Source of the DNA: a virus | Virus record (IMG/VR): IMGVR_UViG_3300044971_002537 | Coordinates: 1-64,000 of that record | DNA length: 64,000 bases | Strand: one strand, 5' to 3' | In this document: piece after piece, positions 29,301 through 41,350 of the stretch | Layout of the letters: every line of letters starts with the position of its first letter | Position numbering within the stretch: the stretch's first letter is position 1 | The notes under the pieces: model-generated | Told to the model about the DNA's origin: nothing | Seen by the model: the letters and a program-made list of their open reading frames with translations, nothing else | Databases searched by the model: none | Position numbers and translations under genes: made by a program

Positions 29301-32300
29301 AGCTTTGCCTCCCAGCTTTGTGCCAAAGCATCTAATTCTTCGGGAAGAATATAATCCGATACCGAATAGTTTACCTCCATGCTGTATCGATTCACCAACC
29401 TTAGATCGCTCAGTAGTTCTTCGAGTTGAGACTTGGCAAATTCTATCATGATATCCGCAATACTGCCAGAGCAATCTGACCAACTTTCTCCGTTGGCCTC
29501 ATCCCACTCTTCGATCAATTTTCTCGCTGCTTCGTTCATTTGGTCCAGTCCGTAACAAATTGTTTCCAGTGGGCATACTCATCAGGGCTTAGACATGGAG
29601 TGGGCCCATCATCAAACAGATGCGGCATGTCTGGATAGGGGAATTCTTCGTAGAGACTTTCGCAATAGTGTAGAGTAGATATCTTTTTCAAGACATTCTC
29701 GACGAAGAATTCAATTTCCCCCTCGTAATTCTTAAGAGAGCAAGCGAACTCCCAAAAACCAGTTTCTTTATCGTAACGACTGCCACCATCTGGGTTTTCT
29801 ACCCTATCGCCAAAATCGTCTGGCATATAGGCTAGCATTCCGAAAGGAATAAAACCACACCGATCAAACCTGCACCATTTCTTTAGCGAGTCTGCCTCGT
29901 CGGGGAAATTATGCTGGTTAGTCTCGATAGACTTTTCCCAACGCATTGATTCATCGTCTGAGTGGAGAGAGGCGATTAGCCCCCTAAATTTTGGATGAAC
30001 TTCAACATGGGCTCTTAAGCCCGTATACATACCCATAGCTACGCCTCCCAATCATTATTTATATTGCAGGTTTTTATCTGATCCCAGAGTAGAGGGACGC
30101 CACCGGCGTCCTCCCAGTCTCTAAGATTCAGGAACGTACAAAACCCAGACTCTTGCTCTGGTTTCGAATGATCTCTTCCCCAAAATGGGCACAATCTCTC
30201 ACCCTCATAACAATATTGACCTGATGGGATTAGCTTCTGTTTAATCTCCCATACGGCCACACCATATGATATGGCTGTATTGTAGTCTGTTTGCTTTTCT
30301 TTTGGTATTTTTACGTAACCATCAGATAATAAGTCAATTTCCCATCGATTAACGTATCCTTTACTAGGATCAGCATCAGATACATTCAGGGCATACCAGA
30401 ACTCGTCACCCCTGACTAGGTTCCAGTTACCATTGAGAACATATCCTTGCTGGATTTTATCATTCTGGAATTTCTTGACTAGAACGGCAAGACGCAGCCA
30501 CGGCATGACATAATAGTTATCCATCTACTTCGCCTCGATTTGAGCTAATGGCTCACTTCCGAACCTCATTGGCACGTTATATTGGACTCCCCAGTATTCT
30601 GGCCGATCTCGGCCTTCAGCCCTCAATCGGTCCCACGCCAGCCTATGGCGAAGCACCTGCATTATATCCCAAGCTACAGTGCTTTCCGGATATATCTTAT
30701 TGCCAACCCCATAAGAGGCATTCTTCTCCAGCTCCGGAAAGATGACGCCCTTAAGAGCGTCAAATAGGTACTCTGAATTCCAATTGAATGAGCCGTTAGG
30801 CTCACACCAGCGGTCACCAAAAAGATTGCGTAGTTCGTCAATCTGCCCATGTTTTAGGCGTGAGTAGACTTCCAATGCTTCACAGATTATACGAGCCTGC
30901 TCTTTATTGATGGTGAGTGTGTAATCACCAGACGGTAATGATTCTTTGGAGTTCGTCTTCTTCATATTCGTCATAGTCCTCTTCTGCTATAACCTCGAAA
31001 TAGTATGGGCCACCAGTCGCTAAGTCTTCTTGAATACCTCCTGCTGGGATGAAAGAGTTACCCTCATCATCGGTAGCCTTGATGACCTTACAGTCACCAA
31101 GACCGGCATCGACTAGTTCTTTGCATTGTTTGAGTAGTTCATTCAGAGTCATTTAATTCTCCTAAAATTGAGATGCGTTTTGAGTTTGTAGCAATTTAAC
31201 AAGTGTATCAATCGCTTCTTCGCGAGTATCGAATGTCCCCGCTTGGCAGCAGTATGATTGACCACTTCTGACTTCAATGTGACCAACTTGGCCCATGGTC
31301 AGTGTCACTTCAATAATCTTCTCGTACTTTTCGTTGTCCAGACTTTCGCGTACTGAATAATGGCCAAGTTCAGACAGTATAGGATTAGAAAACCTTGAGT
31401 GCGTTATCATTTGATCCATCTTTCATTTTGCTGTACTAAAATTGAGATCCATCTGGGTATTGCCTATTTCCCTCTATGATTGTCAATTCATCAATTGCAT
31501 CTTTAAGGGCCTTATTAGTGGCCGAACGGGTCATCATAACACTCATAGACTGGCCACATGGACCAGTGCAATAGTGGATGCGTAAAGCCTCTAATCGCTC
31601 TACTAGCGACAGCCTGTCCCACTTTTGTGGGCCTTTAATCCACAGCATGTTCGGTTCCCTCGCGTAGGTCAGTGATTCGAATCTCTCTCCGGTCGGACCA
31701 AGCTTCCCGACTTAGCTTTTTCGCATAGGTCTGGGCAAGTTCAAGAGTCTCGAATTTTCTTTTACCGGACCACTCCATCATAAACTGGAAAACTCGATTT
31801 GCAACATATTTGTAGCGAGTTTCCACGAGAAACGGCTTATCTGACTTCTTGGGCTTCGCCCTAGCTTTGGTTTCATCGGGAGCATGAAATGCCTCCTCTT
31901 TTCGATCATTTGGGGATTTTTCCCAGTCATTCCTCATGACCAACCCTATCTAGCTGGACTTCCACTAAAGATGTACCCCTGAATCCATATTGTGGCATGA
32001 ACTCCATATGTAGAATTCTGATGCCTTCTGCGAATTTTACATTGAATTCTTCTGGAGTCATCGCCCAATCCCATCCATCACATTCCGAAAAATGCTCATA
32101 CTTCCAAAAGGTGGAGAGAGCATTTGCTGGGTCTACATAGCTGCTACTATTCTTGTTATATGAATCAGTACCACCATCATACTTGGTGATTTTTCCATCG
32201 TTGTCGATATGGTATACGGTTATGTAGTACATGGCTTCGCCTCTAGGTATATGGGCTCTGTAGTAAAATAGATATCGAATTCATCTATAGAACATTGTTC

Positions 32301-33623
32301 CCCGTCGAAATAAGCTTCGCCAATTTTGACACTCTTAGACTCAGATTCGTTCTCCTTAATCCTAGTTCCACGAAGAAGTAAGGTGTCACTCTTAAGAGCT
32401 TCTAGATATTCCGACAAGGTAATTCTTCTCATGCCTTCATATTCGAGGGCTTCGGTTCCGACCTTATACCAACCATCCTCTCGGGCCACTAGGCCCACAT
32501 AGATAGTGATACTAGCAATGCTCTGAATCTCTAGCATAAGGTGTAGGATAGCATCTTCAAGAGATCCGCCTATTGCTTCAGAGCTAAAGAACTGGTTTTC
32601 TGCCTTCCACCACGTCTCACCCCTAGGCCCCTTCTCCCAAAACTGGCAGAGTTCAGGAGACGGGGTTACTTCGAACAATTCTCTTTTACTGATCTGAAAC
32701 TTCATGGGCTTCGCCTTGCTGCGGGGCGTCAGCCCCTAGTTGCTTACTATGCTGGATTTCTCGCCAATCTTATGATCCACAATACCCGCCACCCCTTCAA
32801 AAACAGGTAGGACATCCCTAGTGGCCGGGAAGACTGGTGGGAATAGGAAATATTCACCCTTATTAAAATCCTGCAGATCCTTTACCTCTCTAAGGAGGGA
32901 TATCCCAATACTCCATATTTCCTCTGGAGGTATGGTGAAGTAGGCACTCCCGTATCCCTCCCACAATTTGAAGCTTTCCTCGATAGAGGATGGAACTCCA
33001 GTTCCAATGAGTCTTGCAGACTCCACGAACTCTTCCATGACTGACGTATGGATTGGTACGAAGGGAAACTGGGCAACCACACCAGCTACAATCTTTTGGA
33101 GAGCGACTATATAGATATCCCTGATCCTATTGATAACTAGGATAGAGAGGTCCTCAAGTTGATATGCATTGCCAATCATGTTCTCGTGCTTTTCAAAATT
33201 TTCCCATTGATTTCTGGGTAATTGGTAGCCCAAATTACAAACCGAGTGTATTCTCTTTTACCGGATTTCTCCAAAGTAAGAGCCAATAGCTCAGCGTCTA
33301 TAATGGTTGGAGACCCAATATCTGTGCCATCTTCGCAGCCACTGTAGTGCTCATAACCGATTTCAACTACAACGTCAGGATCGATTCCTTCTAGGAATTC
33401 GATCATGTCTTTCACTTTGAGTTGCATGTGGCACCTAATAGATGTAGGAATAAGGCTTCTGCTTTATCGTCATCGTAAAAACAGTCTAGCTCCGTGAGAT
33501 TTACAGCATCATAGATTGATGGGTAGGCTTTATGAAGCACTATCATTATAGATTGCCCCCATCTTAGGTGCTGATTCTTGATGGCACTTACCATTGTAGT
33601 AAATTTTATGAATTGTTCTAGGT

Positions 33624-34214
33624 TCATTTGACGCTCCCATAAGGGTCCCAGCTATCGCAATCATTCATACGGGCCGAAATTCCGTCACACAAGTGTAACA
33701 TCCAAGCCGCACCAGTCTTGGGTGCTACAGGACTACCCCAAGCTCGCTGCCCATGATGGGCTAAGATATTATGGGTGACGGCATTCAGCAGATATTCGCT
33801 TATATAATCATAACGCTCGCATGTCTCTTTGGAGTACGATGCTAGATTCCACTCTATGGCAGACCGACTAATATGATGGATTGTCCGCTTATGCGGGGTA
33901 GAGCCCCAAACTTCATAATCGGAGCCGACAGGTTCATAGTCCCACATCTTGCCGCAGTCGTGGAATAGTGCGGAAAGAAATAGCTCAGTATTATTTAACT
34001 TGTTTCCTAGGTATTCATTGTTCGATATGCAGAGTCGTGCAACCTCGGCAGTGTGTACGACCAACCCATGCTTGCCGTAATGGTGCTGATCTATACGTGA
34101 TGATCCGGACCATAGATAGAATCTATCGTCGTCCAATACGTGACTAGCAATACCTCCAACACACAGCGAGTCTGCTACTCGTTCTAGGTATTTGAGCGAT
34201 TCTTTTGGTGTCAT
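33624..34214 (-). CDS. HD-domain phosphohydrolase (YhaM-like)
   Basis: HHYGKHGLVVHT, LFHDCGK, HIS, HNILAHHG...WGSPVAP, LHLCD..SAR. Confidence 0.8.
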   Translation of the reverse strand: MTPKESLKYLERVADSLCVGGIASHVLDDDRFYLWSGSSRIDQHHYGKHGLVVHTAEVARLCISNNEYLGNKLNNTELFLSALFHDCGKMWDYEPVGSDYEVWGSTPHKRTIHHISRSAIEWNLASYSKETCERYDYISEYLLNAVTHNILAHHGQRAWGSPVAPKTGAAWMLHLCDGISARMNDCDSWDPYGSVK

Positions 34215-35121
34215 TTTAGTCCCTTGTACGAAACAGATCCACAGGATCAATTGGTTTTATTACTGGAATATCATTATTGCCAGTCTCTATCCAGTGGACA
34301 GTGTACAGGCCGATCTTGGGATGGTAGTAAACTTTCTGGCTCTCGTCGTGGAGTTGTCTGAGTTCAGTCTGTGAGAGGCTCATTCGAATAGTCCGTAGCC
34401 GGGAGTTTTTAGATGTCTGCCCTTATCATCAAACCCATAGAAGTTGATGTCCTCATAGTCGGACACCATTGGTGTAAGCTCTAGTGCTGGATTGATCTCG
34501 TTAAGCAGAGAGATCCAGAGGAAGAAAAGACTTTCTGGTGGAGACAAATCTTCCTCTCGCCAGTCATATTTGAACCCAGAAGTATCTGGCAATATTTCTG
34601 AAATCTTATTTTCAATCTCTTGGGATAGAGATCCTTCTCGATACTTCGCATATAGACAGCCTATGTCAAAGCCTATTACTGATGGTGCGGCAAAGTGTGC
34701 CTCTCTTACATCCTGAGCCGATAGAGGCGTAGTGGCAAAGAAATAATCACATTTGCCATGGCCATCATCTGACCAATCACCGACTGGAAATCTAATCTTG
34801 TTCATCTTATCTCCGGTCCATCGGGACCCATAAAGGTAGAGCTTCGTTCGTTGACCATGATAAAGTTCGGCACCATTTTGGGCTTTACAAGCCCACAAAA
34901 AATCTCCCAGTCGGCTGGTGCTGATGTATTGTACTCGATGAATTTGTCGTGTCTAGCGACAAACTCTGTTTTGCTGGGTTTTTCTGGAGGAAGCTCGCAG
35001 GTGTAAACCACATCAAAGCCACTCAGTTTTACTGGGCGGATGCCACAAGCATCAACTTTTTCTGTGAAATCCTTACGGATCTGGTTGATATGCTTTTCAT
35101 TGTCTGGATGTGTTAGGATTT

Positions 35122-36108
35122 TCATGGCTTCGCCTTAATCGCTTCTAGCTCTTTCAGATAGATAGCTTCGAAGTCCCTGAATTCGTCAATGAAGGGATAC
35201 TCATCAAAGCTTAAATGCTTAGGATAGGCTCGGGCCGCGTTGAAGAAGCGACTGAATAGAAGTCCATAAGGCATTGGATCGACTAGGTTGATCCCAATCA
35301 GGTCGGAGACCAAACAGCCTGCGGAACTTCCTCTTCCGATACTGCACAACTGTCCATCGCTTCTCCCCTTATTGACAAAGTCTGATACAATAAGGAAATA
35401 ACCAGATAGATTGGCCAACTCAATAACCTTCATCTCGTATCTGACGCGAGCGTCATACTCGGCTTTCTTGATAGGATCGAAGTTCTTCGTATGCTCTGCG
35501 AATCCCTCTTTTACTTTAGTCCAGAGTAGCTCAACTTCCCCGTCAGAGAATTTGGGGAGTTTTGGGGGAGCAGCAATTTCGAAATCTTCGAATTCATCGA
35601 TGAACGCATCATAGTCTATGTTTAGTTTAAGGCTAGGAGGGATCTCATCATACCCCATCATATGGAGACCTGCGGTCTCCTCTGTAAGCTCTGAGAGCTT
35701 GATTTTCAGTCCTAAGCACCGCATGATTCGATAGAACTCTTCATCAGACTTCTCTACATAGCGGCAGTCGGGGAGCTTTCCGGTAAAAGAATAGAGATGG
35801 GGTGAATTGGCTAAGGTGTCCCGATTGAGCCGGGCATGAATAGAGAACTCGTTCACGACAGACAATAGATCCTTCCATCCCTGAAGATTCTTGCAGAATG
35901 TGTAAGTCTCGCCAAAGTCGCACCCAATAATAGGTTTGATTTTGGCAGACTTACACTCTTCAATAAACTCCAGAGCGGCAGAGACATTGCCAAAGTCGCA
36001 GAGGCCCACTGCCTCATAACCTAAAGCTTTAGCCTTCTGTGCTATTTCCTTAGGCTTTGAGAAGGCTCGGTGAATGCTGTAATGGGTTCTATTGATCAGT
36101 GGTAACAT
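35122..36108 (-). CDS. dnaE: DnaE N-terminal part (PHP domain plus N-terminal palm segment), stand-alone gene
   Basis: THYSI, AVGLCDFGNV, IKPIIGCD, KNLQGWKDL, YFLIVSDFV, GRGSSAGCLVS.LIGI..VDP..YGLLFSRFFN; stops just before the PDID motif. Confidence 0.85.
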   Translation of the reverse strand: MLPLINRTHYSIHRAFSKPKEIAQKAKALGYEAVGLCDFGNVSAALEFIEECKSAKIKPIIGCDFGETYTFCKNLQGWKDLLSVVNEFSIHARLNRDTLANSPHLYSFTGKLPDCRYVEKSDEEFYRIMRCLGLKIKLSELTEETAGLHMMGYDEIPPSLKLNIDYDAFIDEFEDFEIAAPPKLPKFSDGEVELLWTKVKEGFAEHTKNFDPIKKAEYDARVRYEMKVIELANLSGYFLIVSDFVNKGRSDGQLCSIGRGSSAGCLVSDLIGINLVDPMPYGLLFSRFFNAARAYPKHLSFDEYPFIDEFRDFEAIYLKELEAIKAKP

Positions 36109-36675
36109 GGTTTTGCCTATACTGTTCTGGTGGTGCAGGTTTTATGACCGATGTCGTGAAAGGATTTGAATTTTGGTACTCCTCCATCAGGTAGCCAAAG
36201 TTCTTCCCATGTCCCGGTGGTGTAGTACTTAACCATCCATAGAGTTTGCTTAACTAGCTTTTTGGGTTGGGCGATCTGAGGAATCGGGCCTAGATAACAC
36301 CTCCAAACGTTTAACCTCGCTCTTGTTGGAGAATAATCTAGGACCGTATCGATACCACTGAGTACTGGAGTGGTATTATCTCTATCGCCTCCATAGGCCC
36401 ATAGCCCATTTTTATCTGGTTGGCACCAAGCCCACTGAAGATCTGGCATTTTGTATTCAGAGATTAGATCATGACTATCTGATTCCCCGAGATGAGAGCC
36501 GAATCTATCTACCTGATAAGATGTCTCCCTCTTCTCTCTACCATCTTCGAGCGGGAAGTATGAGTAGTAGGTATCAAATCCTACATGAATTGCTGGAATA
36601 GCTTGAGAGAATGGATCGGTACGTGATAGTACCTTACAGATATTTCCCGCCCGATTCACATAGGTTTTTCCGACT

Positions 36676-37152
36676 TCAACTAGCATATGGTATCTCCAGA
36701 AGGTCTTCGACCTTCAAATTCCAGCAATCTTCAGTAAAAGTGAATCTTCCATCAGGGTCGCCCTTTTTAGCAAAGAAGCCCCTCTCTAGCAAGTCAGCTT
36801 TAGCTATATATCCTAAGAGCCAGCCAACCCCTGAGGCTAGATTAACCCGAGCAAAGATATACCCATCACACTCGTTCTTGAGTTGATAGCTCATGACAGA
36901 ACAGAGATAGTGGGCCTTCGGCTCTGAGGAACAAGACTTGGTTTTCACATCAACTCTGAGATCCCCGATTAGGATATCGAAGTCGAAGCTTTCCACAAGT
37001 CTACCAGAGGTGTGCCTTTCTGTCAAGGCCTCTCCGACAAATCCTGCCAAATTCCCTTTCCCTTGGGTCCGGGAACTGGCAAGGACTCCCATCAGGTCGC
37101 TGCGAGACTTCGCAGTCATCATGTCAATATCCGAGATCTTCATCTCAATCAT
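36676..37152 (-). CDS. PD-(D/E)xK nuclease-like protein
   Basis: GFVGE...DFDILIGDLRVDVKTK. Confidence 0.6.
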   Translation of the reverse strand: MIEMKISDIDMMTAKSRSDLMGVLASSRTQGKGNLAGFVGEALTERHTSGRLVESFDFDILIGDLRVDVKTKSCSSEPKAHYLCSVMSYQLKNECDGYIFARVNLASGVGWLLGYIAKADLLERGFFAKKGDPDGRFTFTEDCWNLKVEDLLEIPYAS

Positions 37153-37293
37153 CGTGCTCTCGCAATGGTGACTCTTTGGATGGCCTCAGATACCTGCTCA
37201 AGCTGAGTGGCCGTTAAGCCGCCCCTGTAGTAACTGAAGACCATAGGCGAGTCTTGGCTGAACTTCCCGTCGCGGATAACTCCCACGACCTCC

Positions 37294-38577
37294 TTACTCG
37301 CATCCAATACCAACTGTCTTTTTTTGTCCAGATAAAACATTTCTGTCTCCTAAGAAAGATTCAACCAGAGAGTAGTCCTCTGATGTGTAACCCTTATTAT
37401 AGCGACAGTTGAGCTGTTGTATTCGGAACTTTTTGCCAACTGGAGTCAGAGATAGGTTATAGACTAGGTCGCCATCTTTGAATAGGCCACACATAACAAC
37501 CCGACCAGCGATGATTTCGCTTCGATATGAGCTTACACAATTGCCCATATAGGTTGACCATTCTATTAATTCGTGGGAGTCCTTACATGTGCGGATTGTG
37601 AACTCTCCGAGTTCTTCTCCGTCGAACTCTAGTGGTTTGAATGGGACATTCTGATAGCGTAGCTTAGCATGATAATTGGCCAATTGATCATGGTACTCAT
37701 TGAGCTTCTTAGCTTTGGAGAGGGCTAAGGGAGTAGCCTCTATGTCTATGGTGTTGGCGATCTCTGTATACATCTTAATGGTATCGTCAACCCGCCAAGG
37801 AGAGAAGCTCAGAGCAAATGTTGTTTTATCTTGGGCATTGTCCGTATCTTTCCCAATGAAGATATTCTTGAAGAAGGCAGGGTTAACGCCAATCAGGGGT
37901 TTCAACTTAGTCTTAAGTCCCACCCCCATTATTGGATGAATCGTGGTATGGATTTCTCCGAAGGTCAAGTGTCGCCTGAACATCCGTATAGTGTCCAGTA
38001 CCTCCATCTGCCTATGCTCACTTAGCTGAAACAGCTTCGCCAAGAACTTCTTACCAGAGAATCCGCAGTATGACCTGATACTTTCTTTTACCGATGGTTT
38101 CTTGAAGACCTTAACCATGTCGAAGGTTGGGGCCTTGTATAGAGAGCTATATAGAGGGTATCTTTGGTTAAGTAAGTTCACATAGAAAGGTTGGCCTATC
38201 TTGAATTTCAGGCCAAACTCTTTGTTCAAGACACGATTAATTTTGGCGTTAACACCCTTCTTCAGTTCTTTGAAGATGGATAACTGAGAGTAGGAACAAT
38301 GGTAGGCACCGGCTCCCACTGGAATACCCGAATTCTTACTAGCCACGAGTGCTATCTTGCCATTCTTGATTGAGAATGACATAACGTGCTTCGCAGATAC
38401 GGTGGCTCCGATGTTCGACCACTTGAACCAGAAGCGATTCTCGGCTATGTGGAGGTGCAGTACTTTGGAAACGAATCTGAATCCGGCTCCATGCTTGATG
38501 CGGCAAAGCCGCTTAGAGATCCGCCAGATCCTTCCTTTTTCGTTGTCGCAGACAACATATTCTTTTCGGTTCTTCAA
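37294..38577 (-). CDS. PcfJ-like protein
   Basis: C-terminal YHDQL...ELIEWSTYMGNCVSSY...IQQL..RYN. Confidence 0.65.
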   Translation of the reverse strand: MKNRKEYVVCDNEKGRIWRISKRLCRIKHGAGFRFVSKVLHLHIAENRFWFKWSNIGATVSAKHVMSFSIKNGKIALVASKNSGIPVGAGAYHCSYSQLSIFKELKKGVNAKINRVLNKEFGLKFKIGQPFYVNLLNQRYPLYSSLYKAPTFDMVKVFKKPSVKESIRSYCGFSGKKFLAKLFQLSEHRQMEVLDTIRMFRRHLTFGEIHTTIHPIMGVGLKTKLKPLIGVNPAFFKNIFIGKDTDNAQDKTTFALSFSPWRVDDTIKMYTEIANTIDIEATPLALSKAKKLNEYHDQLANYHAKLRYQNVPFKPLEFDGEELGEFTIRTCKDSHELIEWSTYMGNCVSSYRSEIIAGRVVMCGLFKDGDLVYNLSLTPVGKKFRIQQLNCRYNKGYTSEDYSLVESFLGDRNVLSGQKKTVGIGCE

Positions 38578-38604
38578 GAAATCTCTCCGAGCTTTTGAAT
38601 AAGA

Positions 38605-38624
38605 AAGGGGCCTTTCGGCCCCTT
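38605..38624 (-). terminator. Intrinsic terminator after rIIB
   Basis: AAGGGGCC-GAAA-GGCCCCTT followed by TCTTATT. Confidence 0.7.
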
Positions 38625-38627
38625 AGA

Positions 38628-39509
38628 TTAGCAGTTACAGTCGAACTCGCTAGAGCCACAGCCCCCGCATTCGTATTCTTCTTCGTCTTCGCTCCAGTAC
38701 TCGTCAAGATCTTCGATATCTTCTGGGTCGATAGCATATGCTGGAGCCTGACGCTCGACGATAGCCAGATTCTTGAACTCGGAGACAACTTCGTAGTAGC
38801 AACAACGAATCTTCTGGCAGTCACAATCAAGAGGCACACTCACGACGTCAGCAGGGTCAACCTTGCAGATGATCTGCTTATTTGAAGTGTATACGCTTGT
38901 CACATACTTCAAGCTGCCAACGTGATAGCCTTCACTACAACCGACTTGAAAGTCATCATTGACCTTACGGCGAGGCATCTCGTTGACATCTCCCACGTTG
39001 TTGCGGATCTTACCAGTGTACTTATCCACGTAGTCACCAGCCTTAACTTCACGACCGTAGCAGTCCACGAAGTTAGGACCGTTATAAACTGACACAGACT
39101 TGTAAGCTAGAAAGCACCCATCCTCACAAATTGCCAAGCTCTTATGGGCCAACCAAGAGTAAAGCTCTTTAACGGCTCGGCTGCTTGGATTGTAGAACAA
39201 TCGCTTCATGAAGTTGAGCATGGGGACTTCATCGAACCCCTCCTCAATCATTGAGAGAATGATAGAAGAGATTGATGGGTCAATTTGTTCGTCCTGATAG
39301 TAAAGAGCCCCCTCCCGAAGAACGAATCCATCCTTCGACCAAGTCTGGACGTTTTTGCCAATATTGATGAGGGAGAGAAAGCCCGCTTCGTCTTTTGTCT
39401 TTACTGACTCAATCAGAGCGGCATAGTTTGGATGGCTGCTATCAAATGTGTGGACCTCGTTAGAGGTCACAACTGTCCAGCAACCATTGTGATCTTTAAT
39501 GTAGTTCAT
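38628..39509 (-). CDS. rIIB: rIIB-like protein
   Basis: NPSSRAVKELY.WL, DGCFLAYK, MPRRKV.DD...CSEGYHVGS, KVDPADVVSVP.DC...KIRCC.YEV. Confidence 0.85.
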   Translation of the reverse strand: MNYIKDHNGCWTVVTSNEVHTFDSSHPNYAALIESVKTKDEAGFLSLINIGKNVQTWSKDGFVLREGALYYQDEQIDPSISSIILSMIEEGFDEVPMLNFMKRLFYNPSSRAVKELYSWLAHKSLAICEDGCFLAYKSVSVYNGPNFVDCYGREVKAGDYVDKYTGKIRNNVGDVNEMPRRKVNDDFQVGCSEGYHVGSLKYVTSVYTSNKQIICKVDPADVVSVPLDCDCQKIRCCYYEVVSEFKNLAIVERQAPAYAIDPEDIEDLDEYWSEDEEEYECGGCGSSEFDCNC

Positions 39510-41278
39510 TTCAGCTCCTTGAGGTAGGTGAGAAGTTCTGCGTCGGTCGGTTTTGAGTAATAGTGGTACGAGATAAATTTCAAAAGGGGGAACTCTGTTG
39601 AGTATCTCTCAGAAAGTTTATCAAGCGTGTCGTCGTGGGCCACATCGAACAGATTGTACAACGAGATGATATCGCTGTCAAGATCCTTTTTGGCGAATCT
39701 TTTGTCAACCTTTGACAGGATCGCCTGATTGGTCGGTTTATCTAAGATCGCCTTTTCCGGCAGGACAAGGTTCTCTTTCAGGAATTCGCGAAGCTCAACT
39801 CCCTGCCCCTTGTTCTTTACAGAGGGGGATAACCCATAGATCACATCAATATCAGCACCTAACTTCTTAGCGGCAGAGACCAAGCTATTCACTGCGTGAT
39901 ACCCAGAATACGCAGATGGTTTTCCATGCATAGTCTCAATATACACGTAATGCTCAGAAGTATCTAGCTGGGCCTCGTTCCAGCAGCCATTAACGCAGGA
40001 TCTAACCTTAATACTCTTCGACTTGGGTCCACGAGCATATACAATCTTCGGCAGCGTGTCAAGATCCTTGATCACATCCAAGTCAATCTTACACTCTGAG
40101 ATTTGAGCATCAGTCAGGACTACGATCTTCCCACCATGATCTTTCAGATAACTCTTGATTCGAGCCGTAAACTTTGGCTTGAATCGGTAGTAATCGGCAG
40201 AAAGTGGCAAGGCTTTCATATGGCTGATATTCACAGACTTATATGTCTTAGAATAAACAGACATCTCCGTAGAGGTGTGCGGAAGCACATAATCGAACTT
40301 CTTCTTATTACATTCGATGATGTTGCCCAAAACTCCACAGTTCACCTTATCAAACATCTTTGCACGTTTGAATTCGGTATCTTCAGCTTCAATTAGGCCG
40401 ATGATATGATCCGCCATACCCTCCTTAACTTGATTGACCCTTGCTTTTAGATTGGCAATGGTCTTGTTGTCTAACGAGAGTGACTCACGCCCAAGGTCGA
40501 AGTCCAAATCCCCAATCTCAAATCGGATGTACCCATCAATATCGAGCCCATACCCATGTGGGATGTCGTAGGCTACATTCCCCATGACGGCTTTACATTG
40601 ACCATAGCCAGTATTGAAAGCGAACCCGTCACCCTTGACTTTGAATTCACGGGCAGCTACGATCTTCTCTTTTACTGAGGAGATATTAATCTCGGGGATT
40701 ACGTCAAAGTACTTAAATACTTCGACAGCTTCGTCTTGGAATTCATAGTCTCGACCCATTACGTTGACAATAACTTCAACACCGGATGGTTCATCAGTTG
40801 GGGAAGACGACAAGAGTGCCATCTGAGGAAGGTCATCCTCATCCTTATAGGCAGAGTAGGTATATTTAACTCCATCATTAACTGACTTAACAATAAAGCT
40901 ATCTACAATAGAATAAGCAACTTTTGCCCCGATGCCTAGTGCCCCAATTAATTTATTGCTATTAGTCTTAGTGGAGCAGAAATAAACGGTATAGACATCC
41001 CGTACATCATCTGGGGATAGGCCCTTACCATTATCTGCTACAGAGAACCAAGGTTCGAGTTTAGTAGGGAGATGCACTCGTGGGACGGCTGAGACTTCAG
41101 CATCAGTGTTCGCGTCAAGAGCATTGCAAGTAAGCTCTCGGATTACGGCTCGGACCTTGAATTTGTATGGATTCGATGAGAGGAGCTTGAATGCCTTAGC
41201 ACTCGCATCAATGCGGAATCCCGAGGTCTGAAACGAGCCTGAGGTTTGAGTACTTTTCTTTACGCCTTCGATGATCAT
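39506..41278 (-). CDS. rIIA: rIIA-like protein (GHKL/HSP90-like ATPase N-terminus)
   Basis: AFKLLSS..Y, VIRELTCNALDA, DNGKGL, STKTNSN..IGALGIGAK, VMGNVAY, RESLS; directly upstream of rIIB. Confidence 0.85.
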   Translation of the reverse strand: MIIEGVKKSTQTSGSFQTSGFRIDASAKAFKLLSSNPYKFKVRAVIRELTCNALDANTDAEVSAVPRVHLPTKLEPWFSVADNGKGLSPDDVRDVYTVYFCSTKTNSNKLIGALGIGAKVAYSIVDSFIVKSVNDGVKYTYSAYKDEDDLPQMALLSSSPTDEPSGVEVIVNVMGRDYEFQDEAVEVFKYFDVIPEINISSVKEKIVAAREFKVKGDGFAFNTGYGQCKAVMGNVAYDIPHGYGLDIDGYIRFEIGDLDFDLGRESLSLDNKTIANLKARVNQVKEGMADHIIGLIEAEDTEFKRAKMFDKVNCGVLGNIIECNKKKFDYVLPHTSTEMSVYSKTYKSVNISHMKALPLSADYYRFKPKFTARIKSYLKDHGGKIVVLTDAQISECKIDLDVIKDLDTLPKIVYARGPKSKSIKVRSCVNGCWNEAQLDTSEHYVYIETMHGKPSAYSGYHAVNSLVSAAKKLGADIDVIYGLSPSVKNKGQGVELREFLKENLVLPEKAILDKPTNQAILSKVDKRFAKKDLDSDIISLYNLFDVAHDDTLDKLSERYSTEFPLLKFISYHYYSKPTDAELLTYLKELK

Positions 41279-41322
41279 GACTACGTCCTTCGCTTGTGTT
41301 TTTCGTCGTTCGTTCTTCGTAT

Positions 41323-41350
41323 ATCATAACGGGCGAAATCGCCCTGTCAA
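41323..41350 (-). promoter_or_regulatory. Sigma70 promoter for rIIA with a palindromic spacer
   Basis: TTGACA, spacer GGGCGATTTCGCCCGT (16 nt), TATGAT. Confidence 0.65.
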
